Source: Octopus vulgaris
Lineage: Eukaryota
NCBI GenBank assembly: GCA_951406725.2
Contig: OX597816.1
Coordinates: 101,308,001 to 101,372,000 of the forward strand
Reading direction: 5' to 3'
Length of the DNA: 64,000 nt
In this document: piece after piece, positions 1 to 12,454 of the stretch
Layout of the letters: every line of letters begins with the position of its first letter
Position numbering within the stretch: position 1 is the first letter of the stretch
Notes under the pieces: generated by a model
Seen by the model: only the letters and a program-made list of their open reading frames with translations
Databases searched by the model: none
What the model was told of the DNA's origin: nothing
Made by a program: the position numbers and the translations under genes

Positions 1-1764
1 TCCGTGCGGATGGGTGAGAGTAATTCCTTAACAAACCTACCATGATAAACCAAAACTCACAAAAACATATAATGATAAAATCTCCCTTACTAAACTCTAT
101 AACATACCTATATAGCAATCCCCCTAACCTAAACATTCACACACAAATACACACACGTAAACCACACACCCACGACATATACAAATACCCACACCACTTA
201 CACATACCAATACATACATATAAACCTCAACATATACTCCAAAAACCCACTCAACCCCACACAGACAAATAAACACAAAAATTATGAATGGATTCTTTTA
301 TAAAACTACCATGATAAGCTAAAACTCACAAAACAGAAATAATAAAACCTCCCTTTACTAAACACTATAACATACTTATATAGCAATCCCTTTAACCTAT
401 ACATTCACACACAAAAACACACACGTAAACCACACACCCATAACAAATACAAACACCCACCCCACTCACACACACCCACAAGTACAAATAAGCCTCAACA
501 TATACACCAAACAAAATTACTTTACCAAGGAACTTAACATATGTATAAAAAATATAACCGCTCTGGAAACGAACATCTCTAAATTAATGAATGGAGAAAT
601 GGAATAAATGGAATTAAAAATAATATTCACGTGGCAAAACGAACACCACTCAAAATTTATGAATGAAACAATGTAATAAAACAACCAACATCGAAAATAG
701 ACAAATTACCACGAATTCCCTAAAAAAACCATGATAAACCAAAACTCTTAAAACCTATAACGATAAAAACTCCCTTTGCTAAACTCTATAACAAACCTAT
801 ATAGCAATCCCCCTAACCTAAACATTCACACACAAATACACTCACATAAACCACAGACCCACAACTTATACACATACCTATACTAACTTATAAACCTCAA
901 TATACACCAAAACCCACTCCCTCCCCACACAGACAAATTAACACATACATCCCAAAACCTAAATAACAAACCCATATACACATTCACACACAAACACACA
1001 CACACGCAAAACACACACACACAACAGATACATATACTCCCTCACATATACGCATATACATACTCACTAAACTCGATATATACAACAATATTTACACACC
1101 CACGCTCATACAGATAAATAAATTATACAACTAAAAACTCACACACAATCTCATATACATAAACACTCCTATGATAACAACATTAAATACATCGTAATTA
1201 ACCAGAATATCAAAAATAACAATATGACATAAGGATAAATAAAATACATACTTACAAGTCAGTTTCAAATTATGAAGTGAAATTAAATTCTTAGCCGTTA
1301 AAAAATCAAACCAAAATTACGTTACCATAGAAATAACTTATGTAAAAAAAGAATACGCGCCATGGAGAGTAAACGTCATTTAAAATTATGAATGGAGAAA
1401 AAGAATAAATGGAACTAAAAACTATATCCACGTGGCAAACCAGCACTACTTAAAAAAATTTATTATGAATGGATTCTTTAAAAAAACTACCATGAAAAAT
1501 CATTATATACATTTATGAGCTTTAGCTCACCTTAGCAGCTCTAACAAACAACTTGCAGCAACCCAACCCAATTCTCGATGCCTACCTCACTACTACACTA
1601 TTCCACTCACAATTCCAAGCAACGCTAGTCCACCACCCGGTTACAATTCCCAACTCCACCCATACATTCAAAATTTCAACGACGTTCGCCTCCACAGCGC
1701 TACATATAAGCCTCAACATATACACCGGAGATTCACTTTCACATCCGTGCGGATGGGTGAGAAT
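1..1764. repeat. AC-rich degenerate tandem-repeat block, bracketed by a 19-bp direct repeat
   Basis: Unit 'accatgataaaccaaaactc...ctatatagcaatccccctaacctaaacattcacacac' recurs at ~36, ~305 and ~728. A second motif 'atgaatggagaaa...cacgtggcaaa' occurs at ~587 and ~1388. 'tccgtgcggatgggtgaga' is at 1-19 and 1744-1762. Confidence 0.75.
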
Positions 1765-1787
1765 ATACATTGAGTGTAGTGATGGGG

Positions 1788-1874
<87 letters not shown>

Positions 1875-2210
1875 AAAATATTAGAAAAAAACACCTTTTA
1901 TCAATTCAAAGTGAATAATTGAATTACACCAACTAGAAAATTACATATAATAGAGAAGTTAAAATTAAAATAACAATAAAAAGTGAAGATTAAGTAAATT
2001 ACAAAAATAATATAATGTATTTGCAACCTATAATGTGATATCTATTTCAAAATGGCGTTATATTTTTCTATGAACATGACTGATTTGACTAATCTCCCAA
2101 GCTTTTGGCGTATATTTTATGAAAAAATATGTTTATATAATATAATATATATATATATATGAGTTAGAGGTTAAACAACCGTCTAAGGGATAATAAATGT
2201 TCTATACACT

Positions 2211-2946
2211 ATGATGGGTTTGTATAGCGATAGACAGAACGCTATTAATATTGTTTAAAAAAACGTTATATGATACCGTTAAATATTAATACATTTACTA
2301 ATACTAACATTAATTTAGCTAATACCATCCAACCCTCTAGAAATATTAATAACAAGGTTATTGTATCTGAAGTCAATTCCAATAGAATTAAATTTATGTC
2401 AAGTAACTCTAAGATTAAAAATTCTATATACCAGTGTATAATCAGTACTCGTAATAAAGTACGATTTTACATTGGAAGCACATCGTTAGAGTTATCTAAA
2501 AGAATTTCTATCCATTACTCAACATTTAGGGATAGAAATAAACGGAATAGTACCGGTCTCAGCAAACTGATTTGGGATTTAAAAGACCACAATGAACAAT
2601 TTCATTTAGAATGGTTGATCCTCTCAATTTCGATACCATATGACAAAGGCAAGAAATTCTGTCTTCTCTGCTATTCTGAGCTATTTTTCATTATTTTTTC
2701 TAAAAATACTCTAGTAAACACGGTTATAGAACGAGCATACAGATGTAAGCATTGGCAGAAACATACTTTTAGTGCATATAAGTAGTCTCTATCATTATAT
2801 ATAGTTTAAACTTTAATTGCCTTTATATTTAACATTCACTATTAATATCCCTACTCTTTCTGTTAGCTACTTATGACGTTATATCATATAACGTTTTTTT
2901 AAACAATATTAATAGCGTTCTGTCTATCGCTATACAAATCCATCAT
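2211..2946. repeat. 65-bp inverted repeat pair (2211-2275 / 2882-2946) flanking the GIY-YIG ORF
   Basis: atgatgggtttgtatagcg...cgttatatgata is the reverse complement of tatcatataacg...tacaaatccatcat with 1 mismatch. Confidence 0.92.
2270..2785 (+). CDS. GIY-YIG endonuclease of Penelope-like element type (Naiad/Chlamys-like), stand-alone open ORF
   Basis: SIYQC...FYIGST...KRISIH...NSTGLSKLIWDLKD...LEWLIL...PY...CLLCYSE...LVN...CKH is the PLE GIY-YIG signature with C-terminal CxxC...CxH. No stops, and no RT adjacent. Confidence 0.8.
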   Translation: MIPLNINTFTNTNINLANTIQPSRNINNKVIVSEVNSNRIKFMSSNSKIKNSIYQCIISTRNKVRFYIGSTSLELSKRISIHYSTFRDRNKRNSTGLSKLIWDLKDHNEQFHLEWLILSISIPYDKGKKFCLLCYSELFFIIFSKNTLVNTVIERAYRCKHWQKHTFSAYK

Positions 2947-2985
2947 TTTTTGCTAAAATGTCGTATTGACGAGTTTCGTTTTTTC

Positions 2986-3071
2986 ACTTTCCCGAAGAGA
3001 AGATTGCATTGTTTATACCATTTATTCTTTTGAATAGTATCAGTGGAATTTTCGAAACATATGTAGAAAGT
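2986..3071 (+). ncRNA. Type I hammerhead ribozyme-like motif (variant core CCGAAGA) in a Penelope pLTR
   Basis: Stem I actttc/gaaagt, core CCGAAGA, long stem II gaagattgcattg/cagtggaattttc, GAAA, palindromic stem III ac-atat-gt, GUA triplet. Confidence 0.65.
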
Positions 3072-3259
3072 AAAAATACTTGTTTAAACCTGCGTTAACT
3101 CCATTTTTTATTCATATTATTCAAAATATTCAACGTAAACACGAAGTTTCAACCTTTATAAACAAGGAGTTACAACATCTTTACTTGTGAGATTTTTGCT
3201 GCCCTGGTAACTATTTATTTATTTTTCCGTGTTAATTGTTAACAAGGTAAAATACACTC

Positions 3260-3324
<65 letters not shown>

Positions 3325-3418
3325 GTACTGTTCCGTGATAGAACATTCAACAAAAAAAGTACTTCATCTGGTGAGAGATAAATATTATTCATTTAAAGGA
3401 CACAATACATGTTTTTAA

Positions 3419-3475
3419 GTGCGACTAATAGTTTCATATGTTGAGAAATATCTCAAACATGTTCATCAGGCGCAC
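3419..3475 (-). ncRNA. Hammerhead ribozyme motif (Penelope pLTR)
   Basis: Minus strand reads gtgcgc-CTGATGA-acatgtttgagatatttctcaacatat-GAAAC-tatta-GTC-gcac. Confidence 0.7.
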
Positions 3476-4403
3476 AAACCGCATATCATAACGAATTAAA
3501 AATATTGAATAACAGAAGAAACGCGAAAAAATTGAGAAGGCAGCATATAGAAAACGCGAAAGGTTAAAAAAAACGGATAAAGCGGAAAAACGGAAAACGA
3601 AAACACAAACACGAAAACGTTTTTGTTCAGCTGCAGGTCAGTTCTAATCATGCAGACGTATAGTCAAAGTCGTTCAGTCGATAAGAATCCCGTCTTTTCT
3701 TTTCAGATATATGCATTACCTTTTTATGAGAGCAGGATGCATAAGGTCTTAAGCAGATTATGCTTGTAATTTGTAGCAAATAGGCCGACCACATAGAGAC
3801 GCCCACGCTGGCAGTGAGAATAATGGGGGCACTGGTGATGTCATTATCACCGGATTTTGAATTTTCTAGTTGATGACGTCAAAACTGTACCAGCTAAGAC
3901 GAGTTAGTTTTGAAGCGGCCCCTGGTATTTGCAACCTATAATGTGATATCTATTTCAAAATGGCGTTATATTTTTCTATGAACATGGCTGATTTGACTAA
4001 TCTCCCAAGCTTTTGACGTATATTTTTTTTTAAATACCCTTTACTATCAATATGAGCTGTTTTTCTGATTTTTGTGTTCATGTTTATGCGTGTGTTATAC
4101 ATTATATGAAATGTATCCGTGTATTAGCTGCATGGTCAACAGGCAAAGAGTAATACTTCCCATATAATACTATCACACACGTTCATAAACACAACCAGAC
4201 ACACACACACACACACATATATATACACACTCACATAGACATACATACACACACATATGTAGAGAGAAAAAGTGAGAGGGAGTGAGGGAGAAATAGACAA
4301 AATGACAGACTGACAAACAGACAGGGAAAGGTGTATATATTTACAGAGAAATTGATATTTACATACCATATGCAGATATATGTATCTATCTATCTATCTA
4401 TCT

Positions 4404-4452
<49 letters not shown>

Positions 4453-4645
4453 CATGTGTGTATGTATGTATACATGTGTGTGTGTGTGTGTAAATATATG
4501 TACGTATTATGATAAATGTATTTGTATATTCAAGTATACATTTGAGCAAAGACACCCTTCTTTACAATATTGACAGAGAGTGCTATATAGACTTTCCATT
4601 TAAATACTCTATCACAAATTTCTTTTTCTTAGCCTTCTAGCTCAC

Positions 4646-4739
4646 CGTCTCGCCATTTTGGTTTCTCTCCTACTGTCCTCAAGCTCTCTTACTCTCACAC
4701 ACGCAGTGGAATACAGAATGGATATCCACGAGGACCTGC
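4646..4739 (-). other. Candidate host-gene exon carrying 5'UTR and start codon (ATG GCG AGA CG|gtgag)
   Basis: Minus strand: tttgtatttag|GCAGGTCC...GAAACCAAAATGGCGAGACG|GTGAG. Acceptor, AAAATGG start context and canonical donor in non-repetitive sequence. No transcript evidence. Confidence 0.35.
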
Positions 4740-5012
4740 CTAAATACAAATATTCTCTGGCATATAAAGATACATACCATCATATATATATATAAACATG
4801 TATACTTACATACATACACACACATGCACGCGCGCACACATATTTGTGCATGTGTATACATATTTCTATATGTGTATCATTATCACTTTTATATATGTGA
4901 TATCGTTATATATATGACATATATATGATATCGTCTTACCGAAAAGCATAAAAGGGTATGCATACATGTAACATATATACACACTTATATAAATAAGTAT
5001 ATGCAGATATAC

Positions 5013-5073
<61 letters not shown>

Positions 5074-5470
5074 TATCATGCGTATATAGATAGATATATA
5101 CGCATACATACATATATATATTTATTCATATAAACGCGTATATATAGATATACATATGTTGGTATATATATATATACATATATGCATAGAAACATACATA
5201 TCATATACATATATCCCTAGATTCACACAGAAACGCTAACACACATGATGACAGAGAGACAGCCACGTTTACATTGATACTATTATGATGACATCATTTT
5301 GTACCAGTTTCACTATTTTCAATAAACATCCCACATAATTCCATTGCTGTCCGTCTTTCTTTCTCATACATATGGGCACGCTTGCGCGCACGCACATCAA
5401 CGCACACACGTACATATACATACACACTCACGGACATACAAATGCCCATGTGTGTGCGTGTGTGTGCATG

Positions 5471-5572
<102 letters not shown>

Positions 5573-5794
5573 CACACACATATATATGGATATGCGTACG
5601 GGAGCAGCGAATGTTTGAAACCGGATATACAAGAAAACGAGGCCTCCATCTGAAGGACTGTTTTGTATGGTTAGCAATAATGTAAACAATGAGAGCACGG
5701 TGTTTTTAAGTAAGTATGTATTTATAGGTGCGTGTGTATGATAGTTAAGAATAGTTATATGTATACATTTGTCTGTATGTGCATGTGCGTGTGC

Positions 5795-5832
<38 letters not shown>

Positions 5833-6542
5833 TTTGGTTAGACATAAAATCAGCTGCTAGGAGGCGTGAGTGTGCTAAGAATCATTGAGAATGAATAAAA
5901 CAATGAAGATGGACGAATACTTATGTATAATAAAGACCACTTGAGATTTTCAAGTACGAGTGAAGAAACTCTACTTGATGGAGGTTGTCTTTGTAAATGT
6001 CAACCACCATTCTAATGGCTATGCTGAGTTGGTTGTGGTGATTATAGTAGTGGTAGCGGCGCAGTTAGTAATAGTAGTCTCGTTGGAATTTTAGTGATGT
6101 TGTTGGTAGTTATGGTAGCTGATGTACTTTAGCTATAATGATTTTTGTGGTGGTTGGAGTGGGAAATAGTGAAGATGATGGAGTGATAGAGGCGATGTTG
6201 ATGGCAGTGTCGTTGTTGTTGATTGTGGTTGTAGTGGAAGTGGTGGTCATGGTGGTAGTGAGGTGTGATAGTGTCATAAACGGTTGTTCTGATGCGACTG
6301 TTGACGGTTTTCTTGATTGGTGTTATTAGGTTGTTAATGCTACATCAGTGCTTTTAGTAGTGTTGTCAGTAAAAGAGTTGGTTATCTTGACGGTGGTTGT
6401 ATTGGTGATTCGTACATTTACGGGCAACATATACAGTTCCTGGTTGGGATAACAATAATGTAATTTTGGTAGCAAGGTGGTGATGTTTATTTTTTGTTGT
6501 TTTTGTAATGTGTCTGCACGTTATGTATATTTATATTTTGGT

Positions 6543-6953
6543 TTTCAATTTTGACACAAGGCCGGCAATTTCGAGGGAGGGGCTAATCGATTAGATTGAC
6601 CTCAATACTCAACTGGTATTTATTTTATCGACACCGAAAGGATGAAAGGCAAAGGCGATCCCGGTGGCATTTGAACTCAGAGCGTAAAGTCGGAAAAACA
6701 CGACTGAGCATTTTGCCCGGCGCGGTCGCGATTCTGCCAGCTCGTATATACATAGATATATACGCATACATACATATATATATTTATTCATATAAACGCG
6801 TATATATAGATATACATATGTAGGTATATATATATATACATATATGCATAGAAACATACATATCATATGCATATATCCCTAGATTCACACAGAAACGCTA
6901 ACATACATGAGCATTTTGCCCGGCGCGGTCGCGATTCTGCCAGCTCGTAACCT
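6543..6953 (-). mobile_element. tRNA-derived SINE family A (Nin-domain-like core) interrupted by a templated insertion
   Basis: Core 'ccgaaaggatgaaaggcaaag...tttgaactcag'. The 42-bp segment 6705-6746 is repeated at 6908-6949 around a copy of 5081-5248. Confidence 0.8.
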
Positions 6954-6974
6954 TACTCATAGTGTGTATACATA

Positions 6975-7008
<34 letters not shown>

Positions 7009-7009
7009 A

Positions 7010-7040
7010 CTAGCAGCTAAGCCCGGTTTCACCCGGTAGG
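7010..7040 (-). mobile_element. Helitron-like 3' terminus (hairpin + CTAG)
   Basis: Minus strand: ccgggtgaaaccggg hairpin followed by cttagctgCTAG|T, the same layout as the element at 56872. Confidence 0.5.
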
Positions 7041-7149
7041 TTTGGATGATGGGGCTGTTAAACCTGCTTTGTGTAAGCATTCTACTTGTTTGAGCACGCT
7101 TACGTTAAAAAACAATTCTATAATGACTTTTTTCAGTCACAACGCTAAA

Positions 7150-8235
7150 AATAGTAGTTGGGGAAATATCTGCAAGAATGAGAAAGTGCTCAAGATACAT
7201 CGAGCTAGCTCCGTCTGTGGAAAATAGGAGGCACAGGTGCAGCGCACGCTGGTAAGATGCAACGCACCTGGTGAGATACAGAAGATGTCCAGGAAGTAAG
7301 CACCTCACAGGACTGGAAGTCTCTCAGTACATATGTCACCTCAAGTCCTCAGTAGGGGCAACCTACCCAATGCCACACTAATCCCAGCCAGCGAAAGAAT
7401 GAATCAAATGGCCCAAACTGGACCAAGACTTCTACATAGTATTAGATTGCACGCTGGCAGGAACAGATGAACAAAAAACGAATGTGCTTGTAACTATCGC
7501 ATTCAATACGGCAAAAGATCGATTTGGAACAGCGGACAGACTGCTTACCACAGCAATCGAAAGGAAACTCAGCAAAAGAGAAAGAGAGATGCACCGTCTG
7601 AGAGGAGAGATCAAGACCCTCAATAAGCAGTATAAGAGGGTCTCTGCTGATGAAAGAGGAGGCATCAGGAACTTGACAAATCAGCTCCGTGAACGTCTGA
7701 GAAGGCTTAGAAGGGGAGAAAGTAATCGGAGGTGGAGGAAAGAGAGGGAGGCCAAGCGAGCGCAATTTGTCAAGGACTCTTTTAGCTTCACCTGAACGTT
7801 ATTGGGAAACCAAATCAGGGACATTGACCAGCTCCAAACGAGAGGTAAAAGCATTTCTGAGGGAGACACAATGATAACCTCAGAAATGAAGGCCTTGATG
7901 TTAACCCAAATGTCAGTTGAGCCGAAATCCCAGGAAATAAGTTCAATCTCAGTTGTCCGTCCTGAAAATAAATGGAAGTAGTGGTAAAAAAAGGCCAGAT
8001 CAGGATCAGCTCCTGATCCAAGTGATATACCTTATAAAGTATACAAGAAATGCCCGCGGCTCCTTCGGAAGTTGTGGACGCTGTTCCGAAATATCTGGAC
8101 AAAGGATATCATCCCACCATGCTGGAAGAAGGCTGAAGGATGTTTTGTGTCAAAAGAAGAAACCTCTACAGCCATTAACCGGTTCAGAGCCATCTCCCCA
8201 CTGAGTGTTGAGGGGAAAATCTTTTCCGTATTGGA
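7150..8235 (+). pseudogene. HERO-like (R2 superfamily) non-LTR retrotransposon remnant: N-terminal zinc finger through start of RT
   Basis: ICKNEKVLKIHRASSVC (zinc finger), AKDRFG, REMHRLRGEIKTL, SAPDPSDIPYKVYKKCPRLLRKLW, IIPPCWKKAEGCFVSKEE...FRAISPLSVEGKIF. Contains stops and frameshifts. Confidence 0.8.
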
Positions 8236-8695
8236 CTCGTACTTCTTAAGCACACATCCACACCTGATCCAAAACTTTTTTAATACATATATATAAACAA
8301 CGTGCTGCAAACATTTATACTAATCGACGAATAGTCAGTACGTAAAAACGTATATTATCTTCCAAAGCAAGATCTATCGATTTTAATTGTTTAACTTTTT
8401 GGATTTTATTATTCTCATGTTCCTGATTTCTATCTTTAAAATTTCCCATTCTTATACAGGAAATATTTCTATTCTTAAATCTTTCCCACATTCCCTTTAA
8501 TTTCAACTTTTGCTTGTGTTGTTCGTGTTCGATTTTTGTTCCTGAATGTTCTTTGGTTTTGCTGTGGTTTGTTGTATTATTTGTTATGCACGTGTTATGT
8601 GCACCACATGTTTTTTATTCACCCTGTTTGATTTATATTTCTGACATGTATTTTTTCATAATGTATTCTTTCTTTTATGTCTTCTAGTTTCATGT

Positions 8696-8731
<36 letters not shown>

Positions 8732-9264
8732 TACGTATAAACATATATGTGTGGATGTATCCGTATGTTGATATATATGTATATGTATGTGTGTGTGTGT
8801 GTACATCCAGATGTTACACGAATATGTTGTAGCTTCAAGTTTCGAATCGAGTGTCGGTTTTTAGAGTCGGTACGTAATATAGAAATATATTCCCTTTGTT
8901 TCCGCATATTCCTTTTCTGCTCTATTTTCTAAATTTGCTAAGTAAAGTACGACTATTTAAATTGTCAACACTTTTCGTTATGTATCGGTTTATTTATTTC
9001 TGGTAATACGGAGTAATTTACGCTCCGATTTTTCTTCTGCCTATGCATTAAATCCAAAGTACGGATTTCTTTAATCGCTGACTAAATGATTTGCTTTGCA
9101 GGTTCTTTCTTTCTTGTTTTATTTTGTTTGTATTTCACACGTCTTTGTGTTACATGTCATCACGTCCAGTAATATAAAGGTTGCCATTACTATCTAAAAG
9201 TTACCATATATATTCGTCTTTTAAAATAAAGTACTAGCAAAGTATTGGGCCAGACGGTAACAGC

Positions 9265-9530
9265 TAAACTCCTCCCCTCAAATTACTGGCCTTGTGCCTA
9301 AATTAGAAACCATTACTATTACTATCAGAGGCTGCGAAGTGGCAGAATTTTTAGAGCCTCACAGAAAAATTATTTGCAGTAATTTTTCCGACTCTTTACT
9401 TTTTGAGTTCGAAGACTGCCGAGGTCGACTTTGTCAAATATATACCGGTCGAGCACTGGTGTTGTTATCAACTAACCCCCAACTCCAAACTTTTAGCCTT
9501 TATATCTATATTAGAAAGGTTTATCATTAG
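9265..9530 (+). mobile_element. Degenerate SINE family A pieces (tail plus one full copy)
   Basis: ggccttgtgcctaaattagaaacc tail, then ggctgcgaagtggcagaa...gagttcgaagactgccgaggtcgactttg. Confidence 0.6.
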
Positions 9531-9960
9531 TAGTGGTTGTTGTTGTAGACGAACCCTTTTGCCACAGTAAGGAAAATATATGGATCAGTGGTGTCAGCTA
9601 TGCTAAATTTTCGTTCTCTTCTCACAGTAACTGAAATTATTGAAGAACAATTTTATCAACTTTCCAGCTGAGTACTTCTCATCTTTCTTGAACATCATCA
9701 GCAATGCCATCTGATTCTGGATTGTATCTTAATAAATATGACATTGATTATAGGAGCCACAAGGGTTTACTTGGACCCTCGTTTATTTATGCTTTTGTGA
9801 CGTTGAACAAATAAACACAAATCCCCACTATAATCAGTCATTCGTCTGTCCATGACATGGTAGACTTAATTATCGTGTGCTAAATACACAAATAAGCACC
9901 TATCGCAGATATGAACTCAGGAACTTATAATTAAATATCTTCTACAGTCAATGATTATAC

Positions 9961-10182
9961 CTATTTCTTTACTATCCAGAAGGGGCTAAACACAGAGGGG
10001 ACAAGCAGGGACAGACAAACGAATTAAGTCGATTACATCGTAACTGGTACTTAATTTATCGACTCCGAAAGGATGAAAGGCAAAGTCGACCTCGGCGGAA
10101 TTTGAACTCAGAAAGTAACGGCAGACGAAATACCGCTTAAGCATTTCGCCCGGCGTGCTAACGTTTCTGCCAGCTCGCCGCC
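9961..10182 (-). mobile_element. SINE family A, well preserved, with target-site duplication
   Basis: Full head and core. Flanks 'tacagtcaatgattatac' (9943-9960) and 'tacaatcaatgattatac' (10183-10200). Confidence 0.88.
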
Positions 10183-10753
10183 TACAATCAATGATTATAC
10201 CCTTACAATATGTAGCCTACAGAAATTGCGTTAGTAAAACGAAAATTAGTTACATTCACTCTGCTTATTTCGTTTATCTGTTTATGTAGTGAAATAATAA
10301 TGTTCTTTCTTTCTTTCTTTCGCATACGTGCGGCTCTATTTACAAGTATAAACTCGTGATACAGTTTTTCTCACTATATTTTCTTGTTTTTAAGGAGTTA
10401 AATTTACTCTGTTGCCTACACAAACACCTGTTATCGTCTATTATATCTCTTGAGTTTTATTCACCGCGCCAACACCCGCCATGCAGCAGATTTGAATCTC
10501 TTCCTTTTTTTTATTTTTGTTTTATTTCAACGGTACTTTTACTCAAATATCTTGGTTGTAATATCAAATTTGCTCTCAACAAAATATCAGAGATGGAGAC
10601 TGAATGGCTTTTCGTTTACTGCTGGCATGAAACAATGATTAATGTCGTCCTGTCAAAGTTAAAACTATGTCGTGGATGTTAAAAAGTTCCTCTGTAACAA
10701 ATATTCTAATATATAGATAGAAATACATTTTATACATACATACACACACACGC

Positions 10754-10822
<69 letters not shown>

Positions 10823-10852
10823 TATTACATACACATATATATTATATACATA

Positions 10853-11074
10853 TACTCTTTACTCTTTTACTTGTTTCAGTCATTTGACTGCGGCCATGCT
10901 GGAGCACCGCCTTTAGTCGAGCAAATCGACCCCGGGACTTATTCTCTGTAAGCCCAGTACTTATTCTATCGGTCTCTTTTGCCGAACCGCTAAGTGACGG
11001 GGACGTAAACACACCAGCATCGGTTGTCAAGCAATGCTAGGGAGACAAACACAGACACACAAACACACACACAC

Positions 11075-11118
<44 letters not shown>

Positions 11119-11283
11119 TACGGCAGGCTTCTTTCAGTTTCCGTCTACCAAATCCACTCACAAGGCATTGGTCGGCCCGGGGCTATAGCAGAAAACATTT
11201 GCCCAAGATGCCACGCAGTGGGACTGAATCCGGAACCATGTGGTTGGTTAGCAAGCTACTTACCACACAGCCACTCCTGCGCC
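10853..11283 (-). mobile_element. tRNA-derived SINE family B (internal microsatellite, (AAAGAGT)-like tail)
   Basis: Minus head ggcgcaggagtggctgtgtggtaag...ggttccggattcagtccc, internal (TA)n, tail cagtcaaatgactgaaacaagtaaaagagt. Homologous to 59060-59465. Confidence 0.85.
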
Positions 11284-11373
11284 TATATATATATATATAT
11301 TTATTTACAAACACATATATATATCATATACATATATATATATCATACATATAGATACATATATATGTATGAT

Positions 11374-11435
<62 letters not shown>

Positions 11436-12034
11436 GTACGCACGATTGATTTGCTCTTTTTCATTAATAATTTTTCGTATCTTATTATTAATCTGTTATA
11501 TTTAACTTAAAAGAGTAAAGTTTCGAGATCTATCATATATATCTCATCGATTTTATCTTTATAATGTGGCTGCTCAGTTGTGCTCATTATTGCATTTTGC
11601 CATTTTTGGCAACAAGGATCACTGAAATGAGGTGACTGATGTCGCCATCACCGAATTTAAAATGATAACTTGTTATCGCCAAGATATTTTTAGCAGTCAG
11701 TAACTGCTTTATTTTTTGACTAAAGTGTTGTATACGTATTTAAATATTTGTTATATATTTTTCTACTAATAAAGCTTCTGTAGCTAATGTTCTAGTCTTC
11801 TGAGAAATTCTATTTGTGATGTTTGCGTTATCAAAGTTTGTTTTCCTATCTGTTTTCGTCCTGCATTATAATGTTTCACGTATTCTATAATACAATGGAA
11901 TAGTTATATAGCGTATAGTTCGACTTCTACCAGTTTATTTACCAGTAGAGCAGTCTCAATGATCGGAAATTTGTGAAGCTTAAAGAGCAAAGACATCCAT
12001 GAAGTTAATGTAATTATATTCTTTGTCCGGCATA

Positions 12035-12245
12035 CAGCTAACAGAATCGTTACCACACTGGGCGAAATGCTTAGCGGAATTTCGCCCGGCTTTGTGTTCT
12101 AAGTTTAAATTTCGCTGGGGTCGACTTTGCTTTTCATCTATTCGGAGTCGATAAAATAGGTACCAGTTGAACACTGGGGTTGATTTAATCGACCTAATCC
12201 CTCCTCGAAATTACTGGCCTTGTGCCAAATTTCGAAACCAATATA
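12035..12245 (+). mobile_element. SINE family A
   Basis: cagaatcgtta...gtcgactttgcttttcatc...gtcgataaaataggtaccag...ggccttgtgccaaatttcgaaacc. Confidence 0.75.
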
Positions 12246-12310
12246 ATTGTACCCTTTGTCATGTATTAAGCGCGCTATTTTTGTTCATTATAAACAATAT
12301 AAATATATAT

Positions 12311-12344
<34 letters not shown>

Positions 12345-12403
12345 ACATACATACATACATACATGCATACATACATACATACATACATACATACATACAT
12401 ACA

Positions 12404-12440
<37 letters not shown>

Positions 12441-12454
12441 ATATATATATATTA

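Noticed and set aside
6020-6490. Val-rich membrane-protein-like ORF
   Set aside because: Decayed (GTT/GGT/GAT)n trinucleotide low-complexity sequence.
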